From the NCBI GenBank assembly GCA_977016875.1, contig CDRNST010000233.1, positions 6,510,001-6,574,000 on the forward strand: a DNA stretch of 64,000 bases, read 5' to 3'. The notes beneath the pieces are model-generated. The model had not been told where the DNA came from and made no database searches. It saw nothing but the letters and a program-made list of their open reading frames with translations. Made by a program: the position numbers and the translations under genes. The DNA comes from Pavona decussata (Eukaryota). This document shows, piece by piece, positions 1 through 14,400 of the stretch (positions are counted from its first letter, which is position 1; each line of letters opens with the position of its first letter).

Positions 1-141
1 GGGGGATGGTCAAGGGATGTAGACCTGACAATGAGGAAGCTCTTTGGCAGCAGGGGTTATGACGTATTGAGAAGGATGCAGAAGGCTACCATCTCGAGTT
101 CTCTCAACATAGTGAGAACTTTCAAAGCTACCGTCAATTGA
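1..141 (+). mobile_element. 3' end of ORF of a probable RLE-type (R4/NeSL-like) non-LTR retrotransposon, truncated by the window start
   Basis: Frame +1 reads GGWSRDVDLTMRKLFGSRGYDVLRRMQKATISSSLNIVRTFKATVN*, resembling the C-terminal (LGxW...MQKAxxxxSxxIxR) segment that follows the restriction-like endonuclease in early-branching non-LTR elements. Recognised from memory only. Confidence 0.5.
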
Positions 142-318
142 CTTTAGGAAATAGCGTAGAAGCTCCATATAGTTTTTGTATTAGAGACCTTTCATATTTT
201 ATGAGATCTTTATATTTTATCGCTATTTTTTTTAACTCAACAGTTTTATTTCTTTTTATAGTTCCTTAAGATCGCACAGATTACGCTGCGCGCCCTATGT
301 GGTTCTATTTTAGCATAC

Positions 319-479
319 NNNNNNNNNNNNNNNNNNNNNNNNNNNNNNNNNNNNNNNNNNNNNNNNNNNNNNNNNNNNNNNNNNNNNNNNNNNNNNNNNN
401 NNNNNNNNNNNNNNNNNNNNNNNNNNNNNNNNNNNNNNNNNNNNNNNNNNNNNNNNNNNNNNNNNNNNNNNNNNNNNNN
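319..479. other. Assembly gap (others at 14931-15168, 26107-26246, 36064-36204)
   Basis: Runs of N. Confidence 0.99.
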
Positions 480-929
480 GAGCAACCATGGTTGACTTGA
501 TCTTGTTTATGTATAGACCTGGCCCGGTTGTTCAAAGATTGAATATTTTTTTACAGCGGATAAATCACTATCCGGTGGATAAAATGTACTCCAACTAATA
601 CACTTTATCCACGGGGAAAGCAGTTTATCCACTGGATAAAGTTACCGTAATAATTCGATTTTCAGTAAGCGCCCTCTTTCCAACAAGCTCCCCGCTTTGA
701 ATGTGTTTCATTTTTTTGTTAAAATAAGCGCCCTTACACTCCTTTTTTTTTTATATAAGAATTTATTTTATAAGAATATCGAGGCAAAAATTAGAATATT
801 TTAAGAATAAACCCGCCGGCGGAGTTTTGAAAAGAATATATTTTGTGTGTTGAAAATTTGTAAATACCCATACAATTATATACCGTATCAAATTCTTCCT
901 TTTTCTAAACGGCAAAACTAGCCAATATC

Positions 930-1007
930 TAGCCTGTTCCAGGCTCCTAGAGAGACGTCCTCTCGCCCTCTCCTTCGCGCGTCTCTCTAGGAGCCTGGAA
1001 CAGGCTA
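930..1007. mobile_element. 78-bp fold-back MITE with 9-bp target-site duplication
   Basis: Perfect 28-bp TIR tagcctgttccaggctcctagagagacg / cgtctctctaggagcctggaacaggcta, flanked by gccaatatc at 921-929 and 1008-1016. Confidence 0.8.
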
Positions 1008-1753
1008 GCCAATATCAACCTGCAAACCGGGTTCGATGCAACGAAAAGCGATGGAGCACGTGCACAATGTAACATAATACATTCGAAAACGGAAATGTCA
1101 TACGCTCTAACCCTGCATTACGAAAACAGTAGCTACGTTTCCTGGCAACCGATTACGTACATGCGAGCCCACAATTCCTTGAGGGGGGCGTTGCGCGTAT
1201 TTTCGGTTTTCCCGGTTTTGCCCCGCAGCCGCTGGGGTCGGAGTCACTCCAGGCTCCCCGTCCCCACGCGTGGGGGCCCCAGCGGCTGCGAAGGACACTA
1301 TATTTCAGTCAGTGCACCTAAAAACTTCGGGTTTTCGGTTTTGGTGTCTGTGGTGGTATGCGGTTTTTCCTTTCTTAGCATTTGGTTTTTGGTTTACGGC
1401 CAAAATACAAGCGGTTTTTCGGATTTGGTATCTGATGTGGTTTTCGATTTTTCCTACTTGGTTTCCGGTTTCTCTTCAGCAATTATGCGCCTCAACCGCG
1501 TGCGCGTGCCAAGACTCTGCTGCCAAGGGAGTTCTCGAATAGTCTTCTAACGCAGACGTTCAAACGAAGGATCTCTTCTTCAAATTTTGTAGAGAATGCT
1601 CGGCTGTTCGTTCTAGCCAGGAAGGATCCAGGGACATCAAGTCAGTGGACGATGCACTGGCCGGAAGGAAAAAGTCGAAAGCGACTGGAATGAGACCAGC
1701 AGCGCAAGCGAGCGCAGAAGGCCTGGCTACTTAGACATACGAGTAACATCAAG

Positions 1754-4700
1754 ATGGCGGACAAAATACTTGGTGTTGTCGAATTTTACAGTGGGATTGG
1801 TGGAATGCACTTTGCTTTGAAAGGTATGTGCAATAAATTAGAAGATGTTTCCCTAAGGCCCCCATACATACACCAATATACATTATACATTATACATTAT
1901 AATAGAAGAAAGATCCTCCCAGTTACAGGGCAAAAAACTTTTCTTTCATTTCACTCGTCCATCGGACATGTACTTTCCAGAACACAACATCCACTCGTCC
2001 AAAAAATGATTCAAAATGTTTTATTAGTAAATTTACTACCAAAACAATAACCAGTATAGTTACACGTACTAAGAATTCTGTCACATTATTTACAAGTTCA
2101 ATAAAAGTGTTAGTACTACGATTACTGATTAAGATTGCTATCCTTTAGACATGTGTTTAGTTTACCGTGGTAAATAACCCCGTACATCATGGGTTGGGAA
2201 TTTAGGATATGTACTAAGCTTGCCTAACCGGTAAACGTTTGTATGTGGCGTTACGGACCAAGAAGAAATATCAAACTAATCAAAGCTATAGTTCGTAACA
2301 ACAACAAAATAGACCTAACAACTTGTGATCAATTTCCTACTTCTTACAAAGAGTAGCTGGAATCACGCTGAATTTTGTTTCTCTCATGATCTGCAATCGC
2401 GGAAATGAAAGCCTTGCATGCCGTAGGATTTCTGTAGTGTTGGCCAATGTTTATAAGCCATTTTTCTCCTGAAGAATGCACAAATTTGAAAATTTTGTCA
2501 TGGCGAGCTTTTCCTTTCCTATGAAATGCACTGTGTTAAACAGTTTTTCAAGTCTCTCCTGAAATTCTTTGTCGATTCTTATCACTGGCACCTGCTCCGG
2601 TCTAGTCTCAGCTCTTTCAAAACAAAAGTAGTGGTATCGGCTTATTGTGGCTAATCAAGCTTTCACAACGAAAACCAGTCCAGGGGCCCTCTTTCTCAAT
2701 TGTGGGCCCCTGTTATACTGTGATACACTGTGAATAAGGAAACGATCAAGCTCAAGGGCTCTAATTTAAGAATTTTGTTACAAATACCAACATCAGTGTA
2801 ATTATCAATCAATTCCAAAAAAAATGAAAAGATTCCAGTTAGTGCTAGTTGTTTTTATTTTCCTTTTAATTAGGAGGTTACATAATACCTTTAGGATTTT
2901 TAACAGTCTTTTTATATGTTTTTTAACTAAATTGTAAATTTACAGCTCTGATAAGAAAACAACAGAATTGTTCCAGTTGCTGCAACTGATGAAGGTCATA
3001 CGACCAAAACGTTTTTATTAAAAGTTTTTTATTGTTTTGAACTGGAAGTTGTCCGTCCTTTGGCCCTTTTGAACTAGTTATATAAGCTTAAATATATCTT
3101 TCATACATTCATAATCATTTAATATGCATTATACAATCGACTCCTTCCTCATAACAAACAGCAGTCATACATAACACTTTGAAAGCGAGAAAATTCTGGT
3201 CTGAACGCTGATATACAGTGCAGCTCAAAGATAATCGAACCAAAATACATGAGTAACATGCGTATAATGTGTGTATATGATATATGCATGCTACTGTAGT
3301 ATTGACAAACACGCTGATGACACATGTACGTGCATGTGCGTATCATACAAGCATAAGCATCTGTGTCATCAGAGATGTATAAGCTAGCCTTATTGTTTTT
3401 TTTCCGTTGTGGAAAAGGTCATTGTTGATTTCAATGGGCATTGCAATTTACAGTAAAAGTGGTGATCAAGCCACACTGAATGCTTGTCGATCATCTTGTG
3501 TTTCTTCTGTCTGTGTTTGTTTGTTCACCGCTGTTGAGCATTATATCAAGTGTTTGACTGTACTGTAGTACGACCACAGGAGAACCACAAAAGTCGAGAA
3601 AAAAGATTAAATTATCAGCTAACTTTGCTTGCTCCTTGTGATTTCTTTTGCACGTGCATTTGCATCCAATTTGAGATACACTACAGCACTACATAGACTA
3701 ATTGTGCTGAGCTGTTTTGTGCACAAGCGGATCTGAGCTTTGCTGATTATATTACATTTTGACAAGGGGAGCACTTTTTCCACAAAACAGTTTGAATGCA
3801 CTCTGTAAAATCGCTTTGAACTCTTGACTTCTTTGCCTCTTTGCAACCAAATTTGACTCAAAAGAAAGCTGGTTTATTTACGAATACACCCACCTGTCAG
3901 AATTCCGAGAAGAAACAATATGCTAAGGCAGCATTTTAGCCCATTTTTCACTGTTTTCATCGGGTTTTAATTTGTTTCTGTCACAGCTGGGAACAGTTAC
4001 CGCCTGCCAAGTTCGTCAAGGTTGTATGGGGGGAAAAAGTTGACTTTGTTGACAATTTAGGCTTCAGAAACCGTAGAAAGCGAATGTACATGTAGATCCT
4101 GTGTAATAGTTTATTCTGCCATACAAAAGTTTCATCAGATGGCATCCATTCTCTGGGTAATGTTGACCCCCAAAACTAGGACTGAAGACCTAATTATCCA
4201 AGACCCATGCATTTCATTTTTATTAACCAAAGGCTTAGATTTTGCTTTTGCAAAAACTAAGATTCTCTAAAATTGTTTCTCTTTTTCTTTAGAAAAGGGT
4301 CAATGGAGCGTTTGTAAAAGGACATTACATGTATACATTGGGAACGTACAGTTATTAAATAAATCACGAAATGAACATGTGCACATGAATAGTCTCAGCA
4401 AACAACAAATCCATCAAATTCAATAATCCCATGAAATCGTTATGATCAATTTTGATTGATTTCTGTTAAATTTTTTGTCAATTGGTTACATGCACATCTA
4501 CTGGTTAATATGAACTTTTATTGACAATGATCAATTTTTATCTACTATCACAGGATGTTACATATTGATAATAATAATATTATTATTAATGATATGTAAC
4601 ATCCTGACCCCAGTGGTTCAAAGGGCAGATAATTTTATCCACGCATAAGACACTATCCAAAATGTATTGGTTGGAGTTAACATTTTGTCTATTGGATAGC

Positions 4701-7700
4701 CATTTATCCTCTGGATAGAGTTATCCACTGTTTGAACAACCATGCAGGGCCCAGTTTATTTTATAACCCTATTTTTTTTCTTGCAAGAGACTAGTAAAAT
4801 AGCATGCAACTAAGGAAAGGTACAAGATAAGCATAAATTAGAATAAACGGCCTAAACAAACACCTTGGCGCGGATGAAATATTGATCAAATATTTATTTA
4901 TTGGTATCTTAATTATTTTATCCACTGCATTTAGGATGCAGCTTTCCTGGCAAAGTTGTTGCAGCTATGGAAATAAACACCACAGCAAACCGAGTCTATG
5001 AGCAGAACTTTGGCGACACAGAGTTACTTCAGAAAAATATTGAAGTGAGTTTGAGTAATTTAAGAGGGTTAAGTATTGCTCTTTTGAGTAATTAATGCAA
5101 ACTGTTTTTGAAGTTCAAGACCTTAGCTGAAAACAGATACAAATGTACAGTACACATAGGTGTTTCACTGCCATTGTCAAGTACTGTGCCAGCTTTCAAA
5201 CTAAGTAATGACAGTCCTCAGAATCCTCAGAATCAAGTAGCACTATTCACTTGTGACTTGACTTAATCCTTGATGTTGGTGCAAAAATTGCTGTTCAGAA
5301 CCGAGACACTGTTGTTACAGTCATGCTGGTTGCTTTACAAGCACTGAAAATTAAAAGGCCAGTGAAGCAGATCAGACACCATGGAATTAAACCAGATATA
5401 TGTCTTGAAATTCATCGAAATTCGCTCTCATTACTCTAGGAAGTGCAGTACTGTACTGTATGTACATGTTGTAGGTTAAAATGAATCCCAGGTTAAAATG
5501 ATTTCAACCTAGGTTGATTTGTATTAAATTTTTCCTTTGTTTCAGATGTAAATTACCCAACCTTAACAAAGGAAAATACAAATCAACCTAGGTTGAAATC
5601 ATTTTAACCTGGGATTCATTTTAACCTACAACATACATGCTTTAAATTACATAAGATCAACTGCTCCTGTCAGCATTGAATCAACACCATTATCACAGCA
5701 GGGTTAAATTAGCTTAAATAAGGTCAAGGAAAACAGCAAATTATTGTTCAAGTTACACATAGCAACGGGGGAGTGCAAGATAACCAAGTTCATGATAACT
5801 GGGTTATTTTTATAGTAAAGGACTGAAAAAATATGACCGAGGGATATTACTTTATTAAACAAATAATAGGGGTATTATTACTAATTACATGTAGGCATTC
5901 AATGTAATTCATGCTTATACTTACTTATAATAATTAAAAATTAGATCTGTATCTGTTTTTTAGTTAGGTGAAGATAAATTAATAAAAATGTGTACAGGGT
6001 CATGATAATTTACATACATCATATACAAATAACAATGTACAGCGTTATTTTATTTCAGGGTCTGACAGTTCAAGAGATTGATAATTTATCAGCTGATGTG
6101 TTTGTCATGTCTCCACCTTGCCAGCCTTTCACAAGGTACTGTATTTGTATCAGGGCCACCCAATGATTTGTTTCAGTGGAATATACATGTAATTATGTTT
6201 GGAAAGACATGACCGACTCAGAATTTTGAATAAATTGTGAACAAGAAAAGCTAACGTTTCACCTTAAACTTCTGCAACACTGAAAACCTTATCCTGTTGT
6301 TTCCATGGGGGCAACTATGTCATTAAAAGTGCGAAAAAAGGGCCAGTTAGCATTTTCATACAGTCATGTAAAGCCAGCAACAGCTCATAAATTTAGGGAA
6401 TGATTAAAACTCCATTCTCTAAAACATACAGTAGGAGTATAGAATGGTCTAATAAAAAATGACCAGTCTCAGAAAAATTTTAACTGAGTCTCGAATTCTT
6501 GCAATTTAAAGTTAGTGTCACAGAATCGCACCCTCGCTAAACATGGACCATCTCAAAGTCTTGAATTTTGAATATTTGAGACTTGCAGTCTTACAAATTG
6601 TTGTGCAAAGAAAGAAAGGTTCTAGTTTATTTATGTTGTTTGCGACGAATACTTGTATGATAAATCAAATGACAACCTTCATTAATTTTATATTATCGAC
6701 TGAAAATTGTCCAGCACTAAGAAGCTCTCGGGTATGGATTGTTTTGGGCTGAAGTCTGTGGCTCAAGAAGTAAAGAAAATAATGAAGTCTTGGTCTCAGA
6801 TTTGAAAACAAGGATCTTGCAGTCTCGTATATAGTCTTGGTGACTTAAATGTTCAGCTGAAGCAACCAAACAGATCAATCTGTAAGCTGTTAAAATAAAT
6901 ATGTACTCAACCTAGCTTGAAACATGCAGTTATCGACCTACTGTTGTACATTCATGAAAGTTGAGCTCTTTATTATTATTTTTTTCTTATGATAGGGTTG
7001 GCCTTCAGGGTGCATCCAAAGATCCAAGAACAAGAAGCTTTCTTCACATTCTTGAGCTCTTACCTAAGTAAGTAGACATTTACTTATGGTGCTGTTTAAT
7101 AAAATATTATTATTGATTCTGGAATGCATCAATGCTAAATTGAATTTAAATTCAGTCAATTATTTTAAATTTATATCATTGCCCGAGGGAAATGTTGAAT
7201 TTTTCTAAATCGTTAACTATGAACTGGGAGACCACATGTGATATACCATTTAAAAGGTATTTTCTGGTATTTTCACACCAACAGAGATGCCAGGAGGTGA
7301 CATATTAGAGTGAGAAAAGTCCAAAACGAAAGAAAAAAAACACTGAAAATTTTCCTATTTGTTGTATATACTGGGTATCCCCCTAAACTATAAAAGCTTA
7401 ATGTACAGCTCTCAGTACATTGCTTGTTGTAAGATATCAACTGAACCCTTAACGTACAAAGGAAAAAAAATCCAAAAGTTTGAGGGGTGGTAAATCAAGT
7501 CTCATATAGGAGGGGGGCATGATTTTATGCCTTCAATTTGTAGATCTTTCCAAGATCTTTTGGTTGTGCAAATTTCACACAAATTGACCAAATACTGAGC
7601 TCATAATTGCGTCTTGTGCCATGTGGCACTCTTGGGCGGGAAAGGGTTAAAATCACTAGGGTTTTTTTTTTTCAGTAATTAATGGTGTTAGTTTGCTCAA

Positions 7701-10700
7701 ACAGTAAATTAAAGGTCTGATAATTCCTGTGAGTGTGGTCACGAAACAGCTGTCATTTTATCCCTGCCAGTAACTTTTCATCCCAATTTCCTTTCTGCAT
7801 GATTGCACCTTTTGTGCCACAACAAATCATTTGGGGAGAGAAACAGTCACTGCAATATTGTATGATAATTTATATAATTATACAGACTTACAAGTTTTAA
7901 AATAATATTTTACATAGATTTTTATTAAATCATGTTTTACCTACTGGCTGTAGGTTGTCAAAGCCACCTGATTACATCTTAATGGAAAATGTCAAAGGAT
8001 TTGAAACTTCAGATACAAGGTACACATAAATTATGTGACTGAGTGAAATAAATGTTTTCTTCAAAGTCATCATTCTTGGATGTACTGCACCACAAAAAGT
8101 CTATTAAGTAACTAGACTTAAGTATGACTGTAACCTCATTTCTGCATGTATTTGGTTCATGTCTTCAAGGAATTGAGAATCTTAGCCCAGAAGTGTTTGT
8201 CCAGAAAACCTATAGGGTATAATTTAAAATATAAAACATGGCAGCTACATTTAACATTTTTATATAGTTACCAAACTTTAATGCTGTCTCAATGAGGTAA
8301 TGAAGCCATGGTAGTCTAACAAGCAAGATTTTAGAAGCAATTTTTGGCCTGTAGTTGGCTTTTTGTTTTTATTTCTTGGAGTACAGCTGTACAAAACGTC
8401 TACGGTTGTTCTGATTTTCTGTTGGGTTTTTCATTTTTTTTTATCAATGTTAAAATTTTCACAGGTGGAGAAAAATTTATGAAACGCAACTTCAGGCCAA
8501 AGAGCCTGAGGACTCCAGATAAGAGATTGTATATACATGTATTTGCAAAGTCACCTGAGATTACAACGAGTCAGTTTTCCCAGTCATCACCGTCGCCATC
8601 TTTGCAACACAGCATACAACACCAAAAGTGTGAGATTTTTCTTGCTCATAATTTTCACACATGTATACTATTCCCCAGCTCCTGCCCCTGATGAAAGGGT
8701 TTGCTCAGTGACAGGCCTCCTTGGCAGCCTAAAGAAACATGTACAGCTGTAACTGAATTTTTTTTTGCATGGATGTGTCCAAATAACGTTTTCAAAGCCG
8801 GCCGCTAATGCCTTCAACTCTTTAGTTTTATATGCTACAAGCCCACTCTTTTGTTATGTTGTGTCTCTACTGATTTACATTTATTTATTGTCAAAAAGTT
8901 TTACTTTTTCTCTCTTCAGAGAACATTTTGTGGAAACACTAGCATCTTGTGGTTACAGTTATCAGGTAGTTAAGTAATATTCTGAGTATGGCAGTCAGTC
9001 TACGTCACGCGTGACCAGATGTTATTTCTGAAATGAAATTCAACATTCAAATTACTCTTTGTAATGTCCAGCATTTGAATGGAATCTTGAAGATTTAATT
9101 CTCTGGAAAGGTGCATTAACTGAAAAAAAAAATCAAAATACTTGTGAAACAATGTTATTGATACTTTATTTTTTATGATGTAATATAAAGAAAAATTCAT
9201 AGCTTTATACCGTCAATAAACTACTAGGGAAATTCTGAAATCTTGCCGACAATGTTAAAAACAGACATGTACACCATAAATTTCAAAACTCCATTCAAAT
9301 TTCAAAAATTATTACTGGTCATGTGTGATGTAGATTAACTTACTGTAAGTTCCGTTTCTTTTACTGTGCATATTTTATTTGTTGGAAATGTCTAGTAAAT
9401 ATTAAGGTGCTAACTGGCCAGCAGTACATGTACTGATGCCCCCAACACAGGCCTCTTCCTGGTACAATTATAGATACTGAAGATAACAGAGAAAGCATTT
9501 TTACTTTGTTCCCCTGGCTTTAATAGATGTAAATCAACATTTCCTCTTCTTTCGCAGGAATTTTTACTCTCTCCGACTCAGGTATGTTACATGTAGTACA
9601 AATTGTAGTTGATTTCTTTTGGTTTGCTTGCCAGCAATAGCCCTTATCATGGTTTTCGATGCAATTTTGACGAGGAAGCAAACACGTCTTTAAATAACAG
9701 TGTTTGTATCTATGGAAATCTAATGTCAAATAATCGCTTCTGAAAAATTCATGAATTGGAAACTTTTGATACTAGGAAAGGATTTTAAGAAAAAAAATGT
9801 AGCTGTGCCAGGAAGCATCCAGTCGTGTTTTGAACTTTTTTGGTAACAGTTCACGGCTGGTTTGCTATACAGACAAAATTATGTATAAAAAATGCCAAAA
9901 CGCGACTACACTGTAGATGCTTTCTAGCACGGCTACATTCCTCAGTTATTTTCTGTAAAATCCTTTGCAAAGTGCCTAAATTTTCCAATTCACGAATGTT
10001 TCAGAAGTGATGTTTTATGAAAATTATTTGACATCAGAATTCCACACAGATGCTGTTATTTCAAGATGTGTTTCCCTACTCATCAAAATGGCGTCAAAAA
10101 CCGTGATAAGGCCCATTGAACCAGACTTCATAACCCCAATATCAAAGAACAAATTCTCCTATCTTGTCCCCATACTTGTCTTGCATAAGTACATCAGTGT
10201 AGTGGGGTGAAAAGTTCAATTAAAAATATATCAAGAAAATTCGCCTTGGGTGATCATATCCTTAATTCTCATAACCTCAGGGGTTGAATAAGCCTCAATA
10301 TTACAAGGAGAAATTTGATGCTGATCAGTGTTAGGGCTTAGAGGGTTAAGATATGAATTCTTATATGATTGCAATGTTTCTAAGTGCATTTTATATTTGT
10401 CTCCATATTTGTTTAAGCTTAGCCCACATAACTTTGCTTGTTGGTTTGTCATTCCGGCCTTACGTACTGTTTGGCAATATAATGAGGGATGCCGCTTGTC
10501 ATCGCCTCCATGACATCACTCTTATCAAACATGAAGTAGTTAGTGGGAAATGTTTAGGGAGGTCTGTTATTTTAGTTGGAAACTTTCTAATGAGAAATGT
10601 GTGTGTGTATTTCACATATAACCACGTTGCATATAAGTTTTAAAAAATTGCGACACGTCAGTGTAAGAAATCAAACTGAAATATTTTATAAGAGGAGGAC

Positions 10701-11419
10701 AACTACTATTTTGCCCCTCCTCTTCCTCCCCCCTCCTCTCTCTCTCTCCGCACAAATCAAAATATGCCTCAAATGTACCCATATGAAGCTGCTTCCTCCG
10801 CTGGCCCTTACCATTTGAATGAGCGCGAGGCACTACGGGAACATGTAAAACAGCCTTCTATCTCCTTCCCACGTTCCTTTGCGCTCTAATTTGCACAGTC
10901 AGAGAGAGGTCTGGGTAGGAGACACCTTATCTGGCATACATGTATGTAGTCGCAGTAACAACGCCAGCCAAGGCTTTTGTACTTGTCGTTTGCCGTCTCC
11001 AAATCCTTGAAAGTCCACATCTCAGGGAAAAAAATGTGCAAGTTTGGATCACATTTCGGGTTTTAGTCGAAAATGGCACTTGCGCGAATGCGCTGTAATT
11101 GAATAGGTTCTGGAATCATATATTGTGGTTGGTTTGTTATCTCCAACTACTGACTGGCTCAATGATGTACTTTATTTTCCAGTATTTGCGTGTGCACTTC
11201 CCCTTGTTTATTGTTATTTTTGTGTGTGCGCGTTTGTGTGAATGGTAAATCGTGTCCTTAGTTCTATTTTAATGTAGGGTATTTCCAAATTTTTCCGCTT
11301 GGCCCAGCCACCTAGCTCGATTAGCTTGCTATTCCTAAGTGGCTGTGCCCTCTTCTTTAGTAATTTTTCTTTCTTGTATTAATGTAAAACTGTATAATTT
11401 CTGTGCACGAATAATAAAG

Positions 11420-11450
<31 letters not shown>

Positions 11451-14400
11451 ACGTTGTAAAACAAAGTCTTGTATATAACGGTTGGCTTTTTCCCTGTGTT
11501 TAGTTTGGAGTCCCCAATTCCCGATTGAGGTACTACCTTCTGGCTAAGAAGAAGCCGCTTCAATTTTGCTTTTCAACTCGTGATGAGGTAAATATAGTTG
11601 CGCACTGAGTTGCAATTCAGTTTTGTCGACAACGGCCCTGCGTCTTCGTTTGGACATTATTTTGATGATCTGTTTCGTATTAACCTCAGACTTTATGAAA
11701 CCATAACGGCAACGGCAAAGAAAAGGTCACTTGAAAATATAAGTCCTTGCTATTTGTACTACTTCGCGATTATTCCAATTCATTCAACGTGTATAATGTG
11801 GGCTGACTTTCAGTGACAGAACATTTGGGAACGGCGTTCAAGTTGAGACAGAGAGGTAGTTTCTTGGTGTTGCGGATCACCAAATGACGTCATATTTCTG
11901 TAGTAGTGTTGTTCCGATATGTCACCACTGTAGTCACTCAAGTCAACAGTTTTTGACTTGATTGTTCGAGACCCTAGGTGGCTTTACTGTACTGACAAAC
12001 GGACAACTGAAAAAATTTGTCGGTTTGTCAGTACCGACAAACCGACAGTTTTTGACTTAATTATTCGAGGCTCTAGGTGGCTTTACTGACAAACCAACAA
12101 ACCGACAGTTTTGACATAATTATCCAAGGCACTAGGTGACTTTACTGACAAACCGACAAACCGACCAATTTTGTACTGACAAACGGATAAAATTTGTCGG
12201 TTTGTTGGTTTGTCAGTAAAGTCACCTAGAGCCTCGGATAATTAAGTCAAAAACTGTCGGTTTGTCGGTACTGACAAAACCGACAGAATTTGTCGGTTTG
12301 TCAGTAAACCACCTAGAGCCTCAGATAATTAAGTCAAAAATGGAACAACATCGGAACAACACTACTACAGAAATATGACGTCATTTGGTGATCCGCAACA
12401 CTAAGAAACTACTCAGAGAATGAAAAGTGTACCATCATGTACTCACACTCTGCACAAACCTTGAATTTGGTCATTTCACGTTGTTCACGTTCTGCACAAA
12501 ACCTTGAATTTGGTCATTTCACCTTGTTCTACGGCGACGAAGTGTACCAAAATTTGAAACGCACGTAAGCAGGGCCCTTGTTTTTCTAATCACTGGAAAT
12601 CCTATTGTTTTGTGACGTTCTTGTTGCCGTCGCCGTAGTAGCTCCTTTTAACTCCCTATTGAATTTTCAGTGTAAACCCATCACTTTATGTTCATCTAAG
12701 CAGCAAGACAGGTGTCGGATAGGTAATTGACACAAGGATGGGTTATTTTTTATTTTATTATTTTTGGTCATTATCAAATGGTGGTTCCTGTGTGATGCGC
12801 AAAACTTTGGCCACTTCATTCGTGGGCTTACATGGCGACAGGACAATACTGTGAATTCTTGGGTGGACGCTGGAAAGCCAGTTTAAGTTTCCATGTAACC
12901 TTCTTGAGTTGGTTTCTCAACTGAACCTAATTAAAACAAGTCAGTTTTCCATTTTTTGAGAATCTTGAAAAGTTCAACAGTTTGTTTTTTTTTTTTTCTG
13001 ATGTGATAACTGAAATCTTTCATGCACCGTGCCCAGGTACAGTGGTACGCAGTTGTTTGCTAAGGCGTCTCACCTTTTTGCAAAGCTTGCCACTTGTTAT
13101 AAATAGACAAACTGTAGAGTTACAGCTGTTTGGCGTTTGAGCCGAGCCTAAATTTTAATTATTCGCTTCTTGGTTAACGTTACAACTTTCTTCTGACAAG
13201 AAAACTGACTTCCTTTACAATTTATAATAATCAATATCGCGATCAAAATCTCTCTTTGTTTGTTTCTTTGATAGATCATGGACAGCCTTCCTTGTTTTTC
13301 GGCAGCAGGTCGGAACTTGAGCCAAAGCGCTCAAAATGGAACTGATCACACATCCGCACTAAAGTCGGGAAGGAAAACAAATGAAACAACAAAGAAAGAC
13401 CAGTCGCCATTGGTAGAAAGCAGTATAGATAGCATCGACAGGGAAGAACACAATTCTCTTTGCTTGAAATGCGTGCAGCTTAGGAGTGGCAAGAATCCAC
13501 GTGTGCAAGACTCTTTGAATTGGTCTGTTACTGAACATTGTAAACTTACAACCTGCGGAGGACGAATTGTTGACTATCTGGAAAAGAACAAAGATGACAA
13601 TTACTTTGAGGAGTTTTTGTTGCCTGATAAAGTCTTGAGCAAATTTGCCCTTGTTTTAGGTGAGCTTTTCGTAAGTACAGGCGTGTACATGTACGTATCA
13701 ACTTATCGCGTTTTTGAAAAGCACTTTTTACCCTATCACTGTCTCAATTTTAATCCTTTTTTTTTTTTACCTTTTAATCTCATCTTAGGCAGGAAACTTA
13801 AGACAAAAGTACGAGTTGATTTGGTCGTGTTACTGATGGTAATTTTTGTTTAAAAAAAAATGGAAAGTTGTTTATGACATGCATGCCGAGTGCTATGACG
13901 AAATCAGTGTTACAGGAATTGAACAGAAGCTTAAAGGTGTATATGACAGATTTTTATTTTTTTTATTTTCTTGGTCAAATGTAAATGTTGTTCTCGTTTG
14001 AAAATCGGAAACAGAAATTCCTTATCAATTTTCCTCCCCTCGTTTGAGGCGTATAAAAGCGTCAAATTTCACTTCTGTCCACAATACCGCACAAGACAGA
14101 AGACTGGGGATAGTAGGGTCAAAGCAAACAATCTGCAAGGAACCGCGCAACGAAAATGCTGCACATATACGCAGGATCTGTGAAAGATCTAATCAGCCGA
14201 AAATATAAATGACTGAAATTTCTGCAAGGCTGATCGGACTGTGTAGAAAACTTAATACGACAGCGACATGATAGAGACCAAACCGAGAATCAACAGAATG
14301 CGGCAACCGTGGGCAGCTGTTTCGAGCTGGTTGGCTCTCGTCAGCACGGTGTAGCACAGCAAAACGTAGAACACCAACGCGAGTCGAGTGGTCTGCCAAT

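Noticed and set aside
246-535. ORFs spanning N runs (also at 14.9, 26.1 and 36.1 kb)
   Set aside because: Assembly-gap artefacts.
1095-1550. 151-aa ORF upstream of TRDMT1
   Set aside because: Runs through a cggtttt-rich repeat and a small hairpin; no protein similarity recognised.
11950-12340. Repeat array superficially resembling CRISPR
   Set aside because: Eukaryotic intron, no unique spacers or cas genes, repeats in both orientations, enclosed by TIRs and a TSD.
13275-13659. Long low-complexity insertion in TRDMT1 exon 9
   Set aside because: It falls in the variable region between motif VIII and the CFT motif, which is poorly conserved and of variable length in animal DNMT2.
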